From: Mustelus asterias
Lineage: Eukaryota
NCBI RefSeq assembly: GCF_964213995.1
Contig: NC_135813.1
Span: 61,380,001-61,444,000, forward strand
DNA length: 64,000 nt
Reading direction: 5' to 3'
Below, piece by piece: positions 53,327-64,000 of the stretch (position 1 is its first letter; the number at the start of each line of letters is the position of its first letter). Both the position numbers and the translations under genes were made by a program. The notes under the pieces are model-generated. The model searched no databases. It was not told the DNA's origin and worked only from the letters and a program-made list of their open reading frames with translations.

Positions 53327-54312
53327 GTACTGTACCTGTAAAAAGCAGTTGTATCATGTCCTACACTTGGGGCATTAGTCTGGCGGGGAAGTAAAACGCA
53401 CGGGAATGTTTTTATTAGGATTTAACCGTAATCACAGATCTTTTCTTCCATTGTTCGGTCGTTCACTTTTATTTTGCTTTGAAATGTGACATTATTTAAT
53501 CAAAGTAGAATCGTGTTCGGATCAAATCCACAATTTTTGTGATTTGGGGTTTATCACCTGATGAGGATCGAAGGCCATGAAGCAGGAGTTCCTAAAAACG
53601 AGGAAAATAAATTGCAAGACGAGCTAAAACTGTAAATAGGGGGAAACAACCCCAGCAAGGAGGAAAGCAATAGTTTTCATTTATGTCTGAACATCAGAAT
53701 TCATGAGCGCTTCGTGGACAGTGCATTGAAGATTGAAACATGGCCTGGTATCATGTCATTCTAACTCAAATGGCCAACGTCCCAAGGAAGATATCTGACT
53801 TTAAAAAAGGGTGAAAATAGGAGGAGTTGAGTTCTGCACCAGTGATTTTTTTTTGCGGAAGTTATCACGATCCCCCAGGCGCAATTCCCTGATGTGATGA
53901 AGGGAGTAGACAGGCGTTTAGGGAGGATTTCAACGGGTGGACTAGGCAGGGTGAAACATGAGCTTGTGGACGGGATATAGGCACCTGAGACGATGCAAGA
54001 GGAGGTCTCACGAGAGCTTTGACATCGTAGTGTGGATAAAACAGGAAGAGAAAATAAAATGAGAGAAAATGAGGGATGAGTCAGCAAGAGAGTAGAGACC
54101 AGAGGTGTACACTTTTTATCTCAATTGTTAATCATGTACTACAGTTAACTTCACACTATTTTAATTAGCACCGTTTTTATCATTCGATTATGTAAAATAA
54201 TATTACAAACTTAACATTGCATCATCTTCGGCAAAAATATCAGACTGGTCGCCAGTAAATGTCTATCGCACTAATCGTTAGCGCCTTTATTCGTATTGCT
54301 GATTCTTTCCAG

Positions 54313-54447
54313 GACACTTCAAGAGTGGATCGAACAATATATGCGACCGTTTGTTCTGCAAGAATGAAAGAAACCTCGCCCAATTTAGAGATCGTTTATT
54401 CTGATCCGCTGGTCGAAAGGAACGCGCCCAATAGGTCAACAGCCAAG
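54313..54447 (+). CDS. IgSF receptor exon 4: cytoplasmic, ITSM TIYATV and IVYSDP
   Basis: ctttccAG acceptor, AAG|GTGCGT donor, 135 nt, phase 0-0. Confidence 0.82.
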
Positions 54448-54798
54448 GTGCGTTGGCTTGAGCAATGAACATAGATTTCGAATTAAGTAGCGAATCCTGC
54501 CAGGTATCTGGTTACACGGCCCTTAATGGAGATTACAAATTCATGCAACAACCACGATGCGGCAATTAAAATTAACGAAGCACTTGTTTAGTGAGTTACT
54601 GGCAGACAATGTTTCAAAAGTCGATGAATATAGTGTGAATCTACTTACCACTACTTTGTGGTCCATTTGAAGTCACGCCCACGAGGAATTTGTTCTACTT
54701 CGTGCAGACTAATGACGATTTTAAAAGTAAATAAAGGCTTGCTAAATTCTCCATATATTAAAAATATGGACCATTAATGCGTTGTTCTACATTTACAG

Positions 54799-54930
54799 GC
54801 GGACTATTCAACCGTGAACATCTGCAAAGCAGATCCTGAGACAGAAGGTGAACATGACGAGCCAATAGTTTACTCCCGGCTGCCGTTTCAGGAGAAGGAA
54901 ACTCCGTTTCTGACCCCATGCTTGCAGTAA
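54799..54930 (+). CDS. IgSF receptor terminal exon: ADYSTV...IVYSRL (ITIM)...CLQ*
   Basis: tttacAG acceptor, phase 0, TAA ending 54930; AATAAA at 54973-54978. Confidence 0.82.
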   Translation, partial: ADYSTVNICKADPETEGEHDEPIVYSRLPFQEKETPFLTPCLQ

Positions 54931-55264
54931 GCTGCAACTTTACAGCCCTGACCGCAGGCGCTGAAAATGTAAAATAAAATCAGAAAATACAGCAGACACT
55001 CAGCAGGTCAGCCGGCATCTGTGGGGGGAGAAAGAATGACGCATTCTCACTTCATGTTGCCTTGCACCGTCATTTAATCACTCCTGTGCTTCACCCTATC
55101 GCATTTGTTGACTTCCTGTCTCCGTTTTGCTGTACTGATGCTGAACAATCTGCTGATTATCTCCAGAATCTTTTGCTTTTATTACTGGAGCCCCTGCATC
55201 ATCATTTAAGTGGGGATTATTTGTCACGGTTCCCTTTCTGTCATTCCACATACTATTCTTGTAA

Positions 55265-56528
55265 TAGAGTCATAGAGTCATAGAAGTCTACAAACAGGCC
55301 CTTCGGCCCAACTTGTCCATGCCGCCCTTTTTTTTAAACCCCTAAGCTAATCCCAATTGCCCGCATTTGGCCCATATCCCTCTATACTCATCGTACCCAT
55401 GTAACTATCTAAATGCTTTTTAAAAGTTAAAATTGTACCCGCCTCTACTACTACCTCTGGCAGCTTGTTCCAGACACTCACCACCCTCTGTGTGAAAAAA
55501 TTGCCGCTCTGGACACTTTTACATCTCTCCCCTCTCACCTTAAACCTATGCCCTCTAGTTTTAGGCTCCCCTACCTTTGGGAAAAGATATTGACTATCTA
55601 CCTTGTCTATGTCCCTCATTATTTTATAGACCTCTACAAGGTCACCCCTCAGCCTCCTATGCTCCAGAGAACAAAGTCCCAGTCTATTCAGCCTCTCCTT
55701 ATAACTCAATCCATCAAGTCTCGGTAGCATCCTAGTAATTCTTTTCTGCACCCTTTCCAGTTTAATAATATCCTTTCTATAATAGAGTGACCAGAATTGC
55801 ACACAGTACTCCAAGTATGGCCTTACCAATGTCTTGTACAACTTTAACAAGACTTCCCAACTCCTGTATTCAATGTTCTGACCGATGAAACCAAGCATGC
55901 CGAATGCCTTCTTCACCACTCTGTCCACCTGTGACTCCACTTTCAAGGAGCTATGAACATGTACCCCCAGATCTCTTTGTTATGTAACTCTCCCCAACGC
56001 CCCACCATTAACTGAGTAAGTCCTGCCCTGGTTCAATCTACCAAAATGCATCACCTCACATTTGTCTAAATTAAACTCCATCTGCCATTCGTCAGCCCAC
56101 TGGCCCAATTGATCAAGATCCCGTTGCAATTAGAGATAACTTTCTTCACTGTCCACTATGCCACCAATCTTGGTGTCATCTGCAAACTTACTAACCATGC
56201 CTCCTATATTCTCATCCAAATCATTAATATAAATGACAAATAACAGTGGGCTCAGCACTGATCCCTGAGGCATACCGATGGTCACAGGCCTCCAGTTTGA
56301 AAAACAAATCTCTACAACCACCCTCTGGCTTCTGTCAAGAAGCCAATTTTGTATCCATTTAGATACCTCACCCTGGAAACCATGAGATTTAACCTTATGC
56401 AACAACCTACTGTGCGGTACCTTGTCAAAGGCCTTGCTAAAGTCCATGTAGACAACATCAACTGCACTGCCCTCATCTACCTTCTTGGTTCCCCTTCAAA
56501 AAAACTCAATTAAATTTGTGAGACATGT
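55265..56528 (-). mobile_element. CR1 RT/3' fragment
   Basis: ORFs 56130-56447 and 55347-55946 (DFSKAFDKVPH, FADDTK, LEYCVQFW). Confidence 0.92.
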
Positions 56529-57074
56529 TTATATGTTTCATAAAGCACTTTGTATAACTTGAGAGGCTGAGTTTCATGTTTATTGAGGAGTAAGATTCTG
56601 ACTTGCTGTAGATTGGAAACACATCGTTGTCTGGCATACTTGTCTACAGAAGACAAATAGCCTGGAGTTTGCCATAGTAATGATGGTAAAAGTGTCAGCG
56701 TTCATCATCACTATTCTTCCGAACAAGACAGTAACTTTTGGAGTCCACATATGCACAGTTAAACATGGAAATTGCTGTCAGTGACTCTGTGCTCCTGCAG
56801 ATTGTAAACTGTTGAGGTTCCCCAGAAAAAATCAATTAGAATCTATTGAACAAATGGGAGTAGGCACTTTAATGCTCCCGGTCTTGCAGTAGAACCCTTG
56901 TTGAATAAGGTGTAATTGGGTTTTTAACGGAACACTGTGTTCATAATTATTACTAAAAAGTCTCACTGACCCTGGAAAGAAATATTTATATATGTTAAAT
57001 GTATTCTTCTACATTATGACATGTAACTTCACATTCTAAAAATCATGATCCAGAATTTCAGAACTCCTAATGTG

Positions 57075-57460
57075 CGGCACGGTGGCACAGTGGTTAGCAT
57101 TGCTGCCTCACAGTGCCAGGGACCCGGATTCTTTTCCGGCCTTGGAAGCCCCCATGTACTCACCAGAGCCTGGGAAGTTTGGACTTCCAATGGGCAACTG
57201 CCCTGTGTCTGGACCCACCTCTGAAATTCTGTGTGCAGTTTGCACCTTCTCCCTGTGTCTGCGTGGGTTTCCTCCGGGTGCTCCGGTTTCCGCCCACAGT
57301 CCAAGGATTGGCCATGCTAAATTGACCCTAGTGTCAGGGGGATGAGCAGGGTAAATGTTTGGGGTTACGGGAATAGGGCCTGGGTGGGATTGTGGTCGGT
57401 TCGACTCGATAGGCCGAATAGCCTCCTTCTACACTGCAGGGATTCTATAAGTTCTATAAG
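57075..57460 (+). mobile_element. tRNA-derived SINE with an 85-bp internal insert
   Basis: Insert 57145-57229 matches 57481-57565. Confidence 0.85.
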
Positions 57461-57679
57461 ATGCGCTGGAGAACTGTCCCGAAGCCCCCATGTACTCACC
57501 AGAGCCTGGGAAGTTTGGACTTCCAATGGGCAACTGCCCTGTGTCTGGACCTTCCTCTGAAATTCATTGTTGTCGTCAGGGAATTTGGATTGCTCTGACC
57601 CGCTCTCCAGAATTGTTACCCAGGAAAGGTTGGAATGTTTAAAACGAGCTCTAATTCCCAGGTGACTATACAACTGATT

Positions 57680-58150
57680 CCCCGACCCAACTGATTCTCC
57701 AACTACCCCTCTGACCTTCCAATTCCCCAGAGGCCTCCCCCATGATACTAGCCGCAACCACCACAACACTTTCACAACCTGAATCTGACTACTTCGACCG
57801 AACTACCCCACCTGCTTATCTGACTACCCGATTACCCTTGAAGCCCAGTTTACCCCCAACTCCCTATCTAGCCATGCAACTCAAGATTATCCCCAGCCCG
57901 GTCCCAACTGAGCACCCTCCAACCCTACTACCCCCATTTAAGTACTTCACACTGCAACTACCTGCCTGAAGCCACTTCCACTATCACCTGATCCCTTGCC
58001 TACCCCAGCTGATCTAACCGATCAGCTGACTCATCCCACCGACTCCCTGACTGCCCCTTGATCCTACAACCCCTTCACCCACTGACAACCCCCAACTCAA
58101 CTACTTCCTCAACACTCCCTGCCCCATTCCCGACTCACATTACCCTCCCA
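57680..58150 (+). repeat. C/A-rich low-complexity tract
   Basis: Degenerate ACTACCC / CCGACT units. Confidence 0.7.
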
Positions 58151-58229
58151 GCCTTTAACAAGGTACTGCATAGTAGGTTGTTGCAGGGTAAGGTAGCCAA
58201 ATGGGTACAAAATTGGCTTGACGACAGAA

Positions 58230-59504
58230 TAAGAATTCTCACAACACCAGGTTAAAGTCTAACAGGTTTATTTGGCAGCACTAGCTTTTGGAGTCTCAAG
58301 CTCCTTCATCAGGTGAGTGAGGACTTGTGTTCACAAACAGGGCATATAAAGACACAAACTCAATTTACAAGATAATGGTTGGAATGCAAGTCTTTACAGG
58401 TAATCAAGTCTTAAAGGTACAGACAATGTGAGTGGAGTGAGAGCCGAGCACAGGTTAAAGAGGTGTGTATTGTCTCCAGCCAGAACAGTTAGTGAGATTT
58501 TGCAAGCCCAGGCAAGTCGTGGGGGTTGCAGATAGTGTGACATAAACCCCAGATCCCGGTTGAAGCTGTCCTCATGTGTACAGAACTTGGCTATCAGTTT
58601 CTGCTCAGTGATTCTGTATTGTGTGTCGTAAAGGCCACCTTGGAGAACGCTTACCCGAAGATCAGAAGCTGAATGCCCGAGACTGCTGAAGTGTTCCCTG
58701 ACTGGAAGGGAACACTCCTGCCTGGTCATTACACATCTCTTTCACCTGTGCTTGGCCCACTCTCCACTCACATTATCTGAACCTTTAAGACTTGATTACC
58801 TGTAAAGACTCGCATTCCAACCGTTATCTTGTAAATTGAGTTTGTGTCTTTATATGCCCTGTTTGTGCATATATACTCTTGCGACTCGGCTAACGTTGTC
58901 TACCTGATACGCTGCAGGAAAGGGTGTCCCGAGGCATGGTACATTGGGGAGACCATGCAGACACTACGACAATGAATGAATGAAAACCACTCAACAATCA
59001 CGAGGTAGGAGTGTTCCCTTCCAGTCGGGGAACACTTCAGCAGTCCCGGGCATTCAGCCTCTGATCTTTGGGTAAGCATTCTCCAAAGCAGCCTTCACGA
59101 CACACGACAGCGCAGAATTGCTGAGCAGAAACTGATAGCCAAGTTCTGCACACATGGATGGCCACAACTGGGACCTTAGGTTCATGTCACACTATCTGTA
59201 ACCCCCACAACTTGCCTGGGCTTGCAAAATCTCACTAACTTTAACCTGTGCTTGGCCCTCTCTCCACTCACATTGTCTGTACCTTTAAGACTTGATTACT
59301 TGTAAAGATTTGCATTCCAACCATTATCTTGAAATTGAGTCTGTGTCTTTATATGCCCTGTTTGTGAACACAAGTCCTCACTCACCTGATGAAGGAGCTT
59401 GAGATTCCGAAAGCTAGTGCTGCCAAATAAACCTGTTGGACTTTACCTGGTGTTGTGAGACTTCTTACTGTGCTTATCCCAGTCCAATGCTGGCATCTCC
59501 ACAT
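58230..59504. mobile_element. Penelope-like element with inverted terminal repeats and GIY-YIG remnant
   Basis: 58230-58730 is the reverse complement of sequence within 58995-59470; CDSANVVYLIRCRKGCPEAWYIGET coded at about 58880-58953; imperfect 13-bp TSD CTTGACGACAGAA / CTTGATGTCAGAA (58217-58229, 59505-59517). Confidence 0.85.
59383..59419 (+). ncRNA. Minimal type I hammerhead ribozyme motif (Penelope-associated)
   Basis: CAC-CUGAUGA-A-GGAG(cuugaga)UUCC-GAAA-GCUA-GUG: both core boxes intact, stem II present, short stem I CAC/GUG. Confidence 0.7.
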
Positions 59505-61206
59505 CTTGATGTCAGAAGACAGAGGTGGTTGTAAAGGGTTGTTTTTCAAACTGGAGGCCTGTGACCAGCGGTGTGCCTCAGGGATCAGTGCTGGGTCCAC
59601 TGTTATTTGTCATTTATGTTAATGATTTGGATGAGAATTTAAGAGGCATGATTAATAAGTTTGCAGATGACACCAAGATTGATGACATAGTGGACGGTGA
59701 AAAAGGTTGTCTCGGATTGCAGCGGGATCTTGATCAATTGAGCCAAAGGGCTGATGAATGGCAGATGGAGTTGAATTTAGGTAAATGTGAGGTGATGCAT
59801 TTTGGTAGATCAAACCAAGGCAGACTTACTCAGTTACTGGTAAGGTGTTGGGGAGAGTTACAGAACAAAGAGATCTAGGGGTACAGGTTCGTAGCTCCTT
59901 GAAGGTGGAGTCACAGGTGGACAGGGTGATGAAGAAAGCATTCGGCATGCTTGGTTTCATTGGTCAGAACATTGAACACTGGAGTTGGGACATCTTGTGG
60001 AAGTTGTACAGGACATTGTTAAGGTCACACTTGGAATACTGTGTACAATTCTGGTCACCCTATTATAGAAAATATATTATTAAATGAGAAAGAGTGAAGA
60101 AAAGATTTACTAGGATGCTACTGGGACTTGATGGTTTGAGTTATAAGGAGAGGCTGGATAGACTGGGACTTTTTCCCTGGAGCGTAGACTTAGGGGTGAT
60201 CTTATAGATGTTTATAAAATATTGTGGGGCGTAGATCAGCTAGATAGTCAACATCTTTTCCCAAAGGCTGGAGAGTGTAAAACTAGAGGGCATAGGTTTA
60301 AGGTGAGAGATATGAAAGAGTTCAGAGGGGCAATTTTTTCACATAGCGGGTGGTGTCTGGAACAAGCTGCCAGAGGTAGTAATAGAGGTGGGTACAATTT
60401 TGTCTTTTAAAAAGCATTTAGACAGTTACATGGGTAAGATGGGTACAGAGGGATATGGGCCAAATGCAGACAATTTGTCTAGCTTAGTGGTTAAGAAAAT
60501 GGGCGGCATGGACAAGTTGAGCCGAAGGGTTTGTTTCCATACTGTAAACTTCTATGACTCTATGACCCAACTGACCTGTTCCCCGTAGCTTCTATAGTGG
60601 CTTTGAGGCATTTAAATTTACCAAAATATAGCCAGCTGGTGTTGTATAACCAGTGGGTAGTTTGGTTTTCCTCTGACTTGGAAAGAAGACTCAATGCTCC
60701 ACGTGCTGAGGTGAGGGGGGGAGGGCGCAGTTTAGAAATCCAGCAGGAAATGTGGAGCTCCAGAACAGGTAAGTACGGTGATTGCCATGCCTTGGAAAAT
60801 TCTGTCCATAAATATTTTTCAAAGCTTCTATGTAATATTTTACTATAATCCCATGCATCTGCCACCATCATTTTTTTGCTATCTGTAAAATTTCAAATTA
60901 AACGGCAGGCAATTTCTACAGATTTTGCTTTCTGGTTTGCTGTCTGTGAGAAAGGCTGAGTCTGATTGGTTACATCACTGCTTCTGGAAAACTGTGATCC
61001 GCTTAGCTTGGCACAGCTCCAAACTGATGTCAGGAAAGGAAGACCCAGGCCATAGAAGTTGCCCTTTGTAGGCAGTTTTCCTCCAGACCAGAGATATGTG
61101 CCGATATTTCAAAACTGACTGCAGATATCCAGCCCAAAAATTTATTAATATCTTCCAAAAAACTATTTCATTCATACAGTTTCGCTCACATTAAAGATCA
61201 AATTGT

Positions 61207-61900
61207 GAGTGTGAGGGAGAGAAACAGTGTGAGGGAGAGAGTGTAAGGGAGAAAGTGTGAGGGTGAGAGAGTGTGAGGGAGGGAGAATGTGAGGAAGAGA
61301 GTGTGAGGGAGAGAGAGTGCGGGGGGGTTGTGAGTATGAGGGAGAGAGAGTGTGAGGGAGAGAGTGTGTGAGGAAGAGAGAGTGTGAGCGGTGGGAGAGT
61401 GTGAGGGAGAGAGAGTGTGTGAGGGAGAAAGTGTGTGAGGGAGAGAGAGTGTGGGGGTGTGAGTGTGAGGGAGAGAGAATGTGAGGGAGATTGTGAGGAA
61501 GAGAGAGTATGAGGGAGAGAGTGTGTAAGGGGTGGGAGAGTGTGAGGGAGAGAGAGTGTGAGGGAGAGAGAGTGTGAGGGAGAGAGTGTGTGAGGGGTGT
61601 GAGGGAGAGAGTGTGAGGAAGAGAGAGTGTGAAGGGTGGGAGAGTGTGAGGGAGAGAGTGTGTGAGGGATGGGAGAGTGTGGGGGAGAGAGAATGTGTGG
61701 GAGAATGTGTGAGGGGTGGGAGAGTGTGAGGGAGAGAGTGTGAGGGAGGGAGAGTGTGAGGGGTGTGAGTGTGAGGGAGAGAGAATGTGAGGGAGGGAGA
61801 GTGAGAGGGAGAGAGAGTGTGAGGGAGTTAAAGATTGATGAGGGCAGAGAGTGTGTGTGGAATAGAGATTGTGAGAGGGGATTGTGAGGAGAGAGAGAGA
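61207..61900 (+). repeat. Purine-rich compound minisatellite, roughly (GAGAGTGTGAGG)n
   Basis: About 700 bp almost devoid of C on the + strand; source of the spurious His/Ser/Leu/Pro ORFs on -. Confidence 0.95.
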
Positions 61901-62578
61901 GATTGCAAGGGCAGTGTGTGCAGCTGGGGCAGAGGGTGTCCATAAGGCTGGCTCACTCCCAGTATCAGGACCACTCACCCTTCCCCATGCAGCACTATGA
62001 TGCACTCTCACAGTGGGTAAGGGTGAGTGAGTGAGTGAGTGAATGAGTGAGCACCTTGAGACTGTGAGTGAGCTGGACACACACACACTATCCTGTTACA
62101 CTCTAATATTCATCTGTACATAATACTCATTTTTGTTCAGCAAGTTAGTTCGTTTCACACCTTAGTTTTTTTAAATTTATGTCTAAAGTTGCGCCAAATT
62201 TGATCTTTCCGAAATTTACTCAGAAATTTTCTGAAAATGCTGGTTTAGCCCGTATTTATCTCAAGATGCTATCTTGGTAAAGGAGTTGAAGGCAATGATT
62301 GAAAGAGTGACTTGTGGCCTTGTGAATCAGTGGACTGCCACTTTAAACATCTGCTGGCACTCATTAAAGAGGCTGCACAGCATGTGAACACGGCCAGTAT
62401 TTCGGATTACCTTTCCTTATAGCAGCCAGCTGTTTGAGAGTAAACAGTAAACATTTGAGAATGTCAATTTCAAACGCCACTTAAAGGGAGACTCACCATT
62501 TCATGGTCATCACTGCTGGATCTGTGAAGGGAACCCCTCAAACACATCAGCAGACTTTCTGGGACACTTGTCAAGACT

Positions 62579-63000
62579 TAGAAATCATAGAATCCCTAAA
62601 GTGCAGAAGGAGACCATTTGGCCCATAGAGTCTGCAGCGACAACAATCCCACCCAGGCCCTATCCCCACAACCTCACATGTTTGCCCTGCTAATCGCTCT
62701 AACCAACCCATCCCGGGAACCTAAGGGGCAATTTAGCATGACCGATGCTAAATTTAAACATATGCTGGCACTCATTAAAGAGGCTGCACAGCATGTGAAC
62801 ACGGCCAGTATTTCGGATTACCTTTCCTTATAGCAGCCAGCTATATCTTTGGACTATAGAAGGAAACCAGAGCATCCGGAGGAACCCCACGCAAACACGG
62901 GGAGAATGTGCAAACTCCAAACAGTCACCTGAGCCGGAATTGAACCCGGGTCCCTGGCGCTGAGAGCAGCAGTGCTAACCACTGTGCCACTGTGCCGCCC
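62579..63000 (-). mobile_element. tRNA-derived SINE with a 90-bp internal insert
   Basis: Insert 62753-62842 matches 62342-62431. Confidence 0.85.
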
Positions 63001-64000
63001 ATCAACTTTAACCAACATTTCTTCTGTAAATTCTCTGAGGACTTCACCTTAAGAACTGTAAGTGCTTTGTTATTTCACCTTATAGGAGTCACCAGGAGAG
63101 CGCGTGCTTAGCCACGGCCACTTGCCCTTTGATCTGGAAGATGATTTGAAGGACATGAGGCCACCCACCAGCTTGTGCAGTGGATTGGCACATAAGAGGG
63201 TAGGAGGGCATATTTGCCCCCTAAGGGAGAATACATTCCTCCTCCTCCTCTCGACTTCTGCACGAGAATCTGTAACGTTGTATTTCAGAACCTGTGCCGC
63301 CTCTCCCACAGTCCCAGAGTCACCTTGGGATACACGCTGTCTGCTAATCAAAACGACTTCGGTGGAGGTGTCTGCAAAGAGCCCACACGCTGCTTCTCAA
63401 ACATTGTGCCTACTCAACAGTTCGGTGCAAAACCCGCGGATGTGTATTTAATACCCGCAGGCAAATTCAAGTTATGGTAATCAACACTTAGGATCAAAAC
63501 TGTGTGGAACACAGATTTTCAAACAGGTTGTTACCATTACTACGCCTATTTAATCCCTGTTTTTATCTTTAGACAAAATAACCGCCCTCGCCCATATATA
63601 ACTAACCGTAGTCATTAAGTCAGGATTTATAGCAGCATTACACAGCCATTGCTTAGCTACCCAAACGCAGAGCCCGAAACCCGCAGATGCTTTACCAGGA
63701 AAAGTGAAGCCAACCCAGTTTTGACGCGGCACCAACTCCGACTCTGCAGCTCCAAAGCTTTCGATATTAAAATACTTTCCGTCGCAATCACTACCCCCTC
63801 TCCGCTTTCTCTCATTTTGACCCTATTTCTCTCCCCCCAAAGTTAACACGACTCGCTCACGTTGTAACTTCTGTCCCATCTTGTTGGCACGCTTGGGACG
63901 AGGACAACATGCAATACAAAAATAAATCCGTTTAAAGAGAAAGGAAAAGGGTGGAAGTGACAGTATATATGTCACACACTATGCGTGCAGACAGCAGCAA

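Larger units (their letters stand above)
58150..60565 (+). mobile_element. CR1 fragment interrupted by a Penelope-like element
   Basis: AFNKVLH...WVQNWL at 58150-58229 resumes at 59505 and continues into GVPQGSVLGP and FADDTK. Confidence 0.9.

Noticed and set aside
47874-54930. Naming the receptor NCR3/NKp30, CD28, PDCD1 or BTLA
   Set aside because: No TM Arg (NKp30), no MYPPPY (CD28/CTLA4), and motif number and order differ from PD-1 and BTLA; orthology needs a tree.
61172-62086. 304-aa and 250-aa ORFs on the - strand
   Set aside because: Translations of the GA/GT minisatellite; low complexity, no domain.
63070-63480. Overlapping 88-115 aa ORFs in non-repeat-looking sequence
   Set aside because: No recognisable protein features or convincing splice structure.

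Overview
Repeat-rich vertebrate genomic DNA, almost certainly from a shark (HE1/V-SINE-type tRNA SINEs, many CR1 LINEs, Penelope-like elements, cluster-type immunoglobulin locus). Two immune genes can be reconstructed on the + strand, with GT-AG introns and consistent exon phases. (1) An unrearranged immunoglobulin light-chain cluster: leader 30212-30260, V 30443-30751, 23-RSS, 12-RSS, J 31006-31044, C 37249-37577. It has lambda-like V and C domains and the lambda RSS arrangement, which is notable because classical shark lambda (type II) genes are described as germline-joined. (2) About 10 kb downstream, a 5-exon, ~280-aa non-rearranging receptor (47874-54930). It has one VJ-type Ig domain of the CD28/CD28H/NKp30 style, an uncharged TM segment and a tail with five tyrosines including an ITSM and an ITIM. 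The rest is mostly nested retroelements. These include minimal hammerhead-ribozyme motifs in Penelope-like repeats, a Tx1-type LINE inside a SINE with a 15-bp TSD, and two SINEs carrying copies of their own 3' flank. Family names come from motif recognition, not database searches, and repeat boundaries are approximate.
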